A stretch of DNA of 62,913 nucleotides, counting the filler, from Stramenopiles sp. TOSAG23-3 (lineage: Eukaryota), in the NCBI GenBank assembly GCA_900128585.1. It is 9 parts of 9 records of this genome, joined end to end, with 100 filler letters (N's around TTAATTAATTAA, not from the genome) between each part and the next. Parts side by side here need not be neighbours in the genome. Positions count along the whole stretch, not along the records: positions 56,038 to 62,913 come from LT643240.1; 8 more parts are not named here. One strand, written 5' to 3'. Below the pieces are notes generated by a model. The model made no database searches. It was not told the origin of the DNA and saw only the letters and a list, made by a program, of their open reading frames with translations. Of this stretch, positions 62,497-62,913 are shown piece by piece (within the stretch, counting starts at the first letter, position 1; each line of letters starts with the position of its first letter). The position numbers and the translations under genes are program-made.

Positions 62497-62913
62497 TGTC
62501 GCCGTGTGTGTTCCGTTCCGTACAAAAAAGTGCCTTGCAAAGAGTGCGTCGTAACGTTCGTCTACGCCGTTCGCTAATTCGTTCCTGCCTTCGAAGAAAG
62601 ATTAAAAAAAATCAAACTAGTATCTCTGTATCGTTCGTAACGTGCGTTGTTTCTTGAGCTGATCCTTTCTTTAGAACGTACAGAGATATCTTTCTTTTCG
62701 TCTTCATCATTACTCTCTTTCCTTGTACAGATACTCTTATTGAAACACTCTGTTGAACTATTTTTTGTTTCTTTTTTAACTTATATTTCTTCTTTTTTAA
62801 TTTTATTTATTATTTTGTTGTTGTTAGTTTTCTTCACAAAAAAAAGAAGAAGAAGAAGAAAAAAAGAAGATGAGTGGTTTAACATAACCATAGCATAGAA
62901 ATCAAACAAATGA

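Overview
Eukaryotic nuclear DNA from an intron-poor, flagellated protist. A stramenopile-like heterotrophic flagellate is my inference from gene content and style, not a database result. The window is not one continuous locus. It is nine contigs of about 6.9 kb (6931, 6919, 6916, 6910, 6907, 6889, 6887, 6878, 6876 bp, in strictly decreasing length) joined by artificial 100-bp N44-TTAATTAATTAA-N44 linkers, so adjacency across linkers is meaningless. About 22 mostly single-exon, GC-richer genes sit between AT-rich, microsatellite-rich spacers. Recognisable genes: PIG-V, sialate O-acetylesterase, EFHC/RIB72, GH3-family ligase, APC5, PhLP3/TXNDC9, BCH-RhoGAP, TMEM107, CABIN1, an Ntn-hydrolase, Kelch proteins and a CENP-V/GFA protein. 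The most notable items are unusual domain architectures: an FN3-EGF-PSI-CUB-TM-RING-H2 receptor-like E3 ligase, a GOLD-RasGEF-VPS9 dual GEF, a duplicated RCC1-like/Cys-rich/multi-TM/PDZ receptor family, a SelJ-like ADP-ribosylglycohydrolase-Tudor fusion, and a membrane-anchored GFA domain lacking one zinc site. Contig 1 and contig 9 share an exact 79-bp overlap, and frameshifts or deletions are unusually dense, most likely as assembly or amplification artefacts. I could not support any rRNA, tRNA, CRISPR array or transposon.
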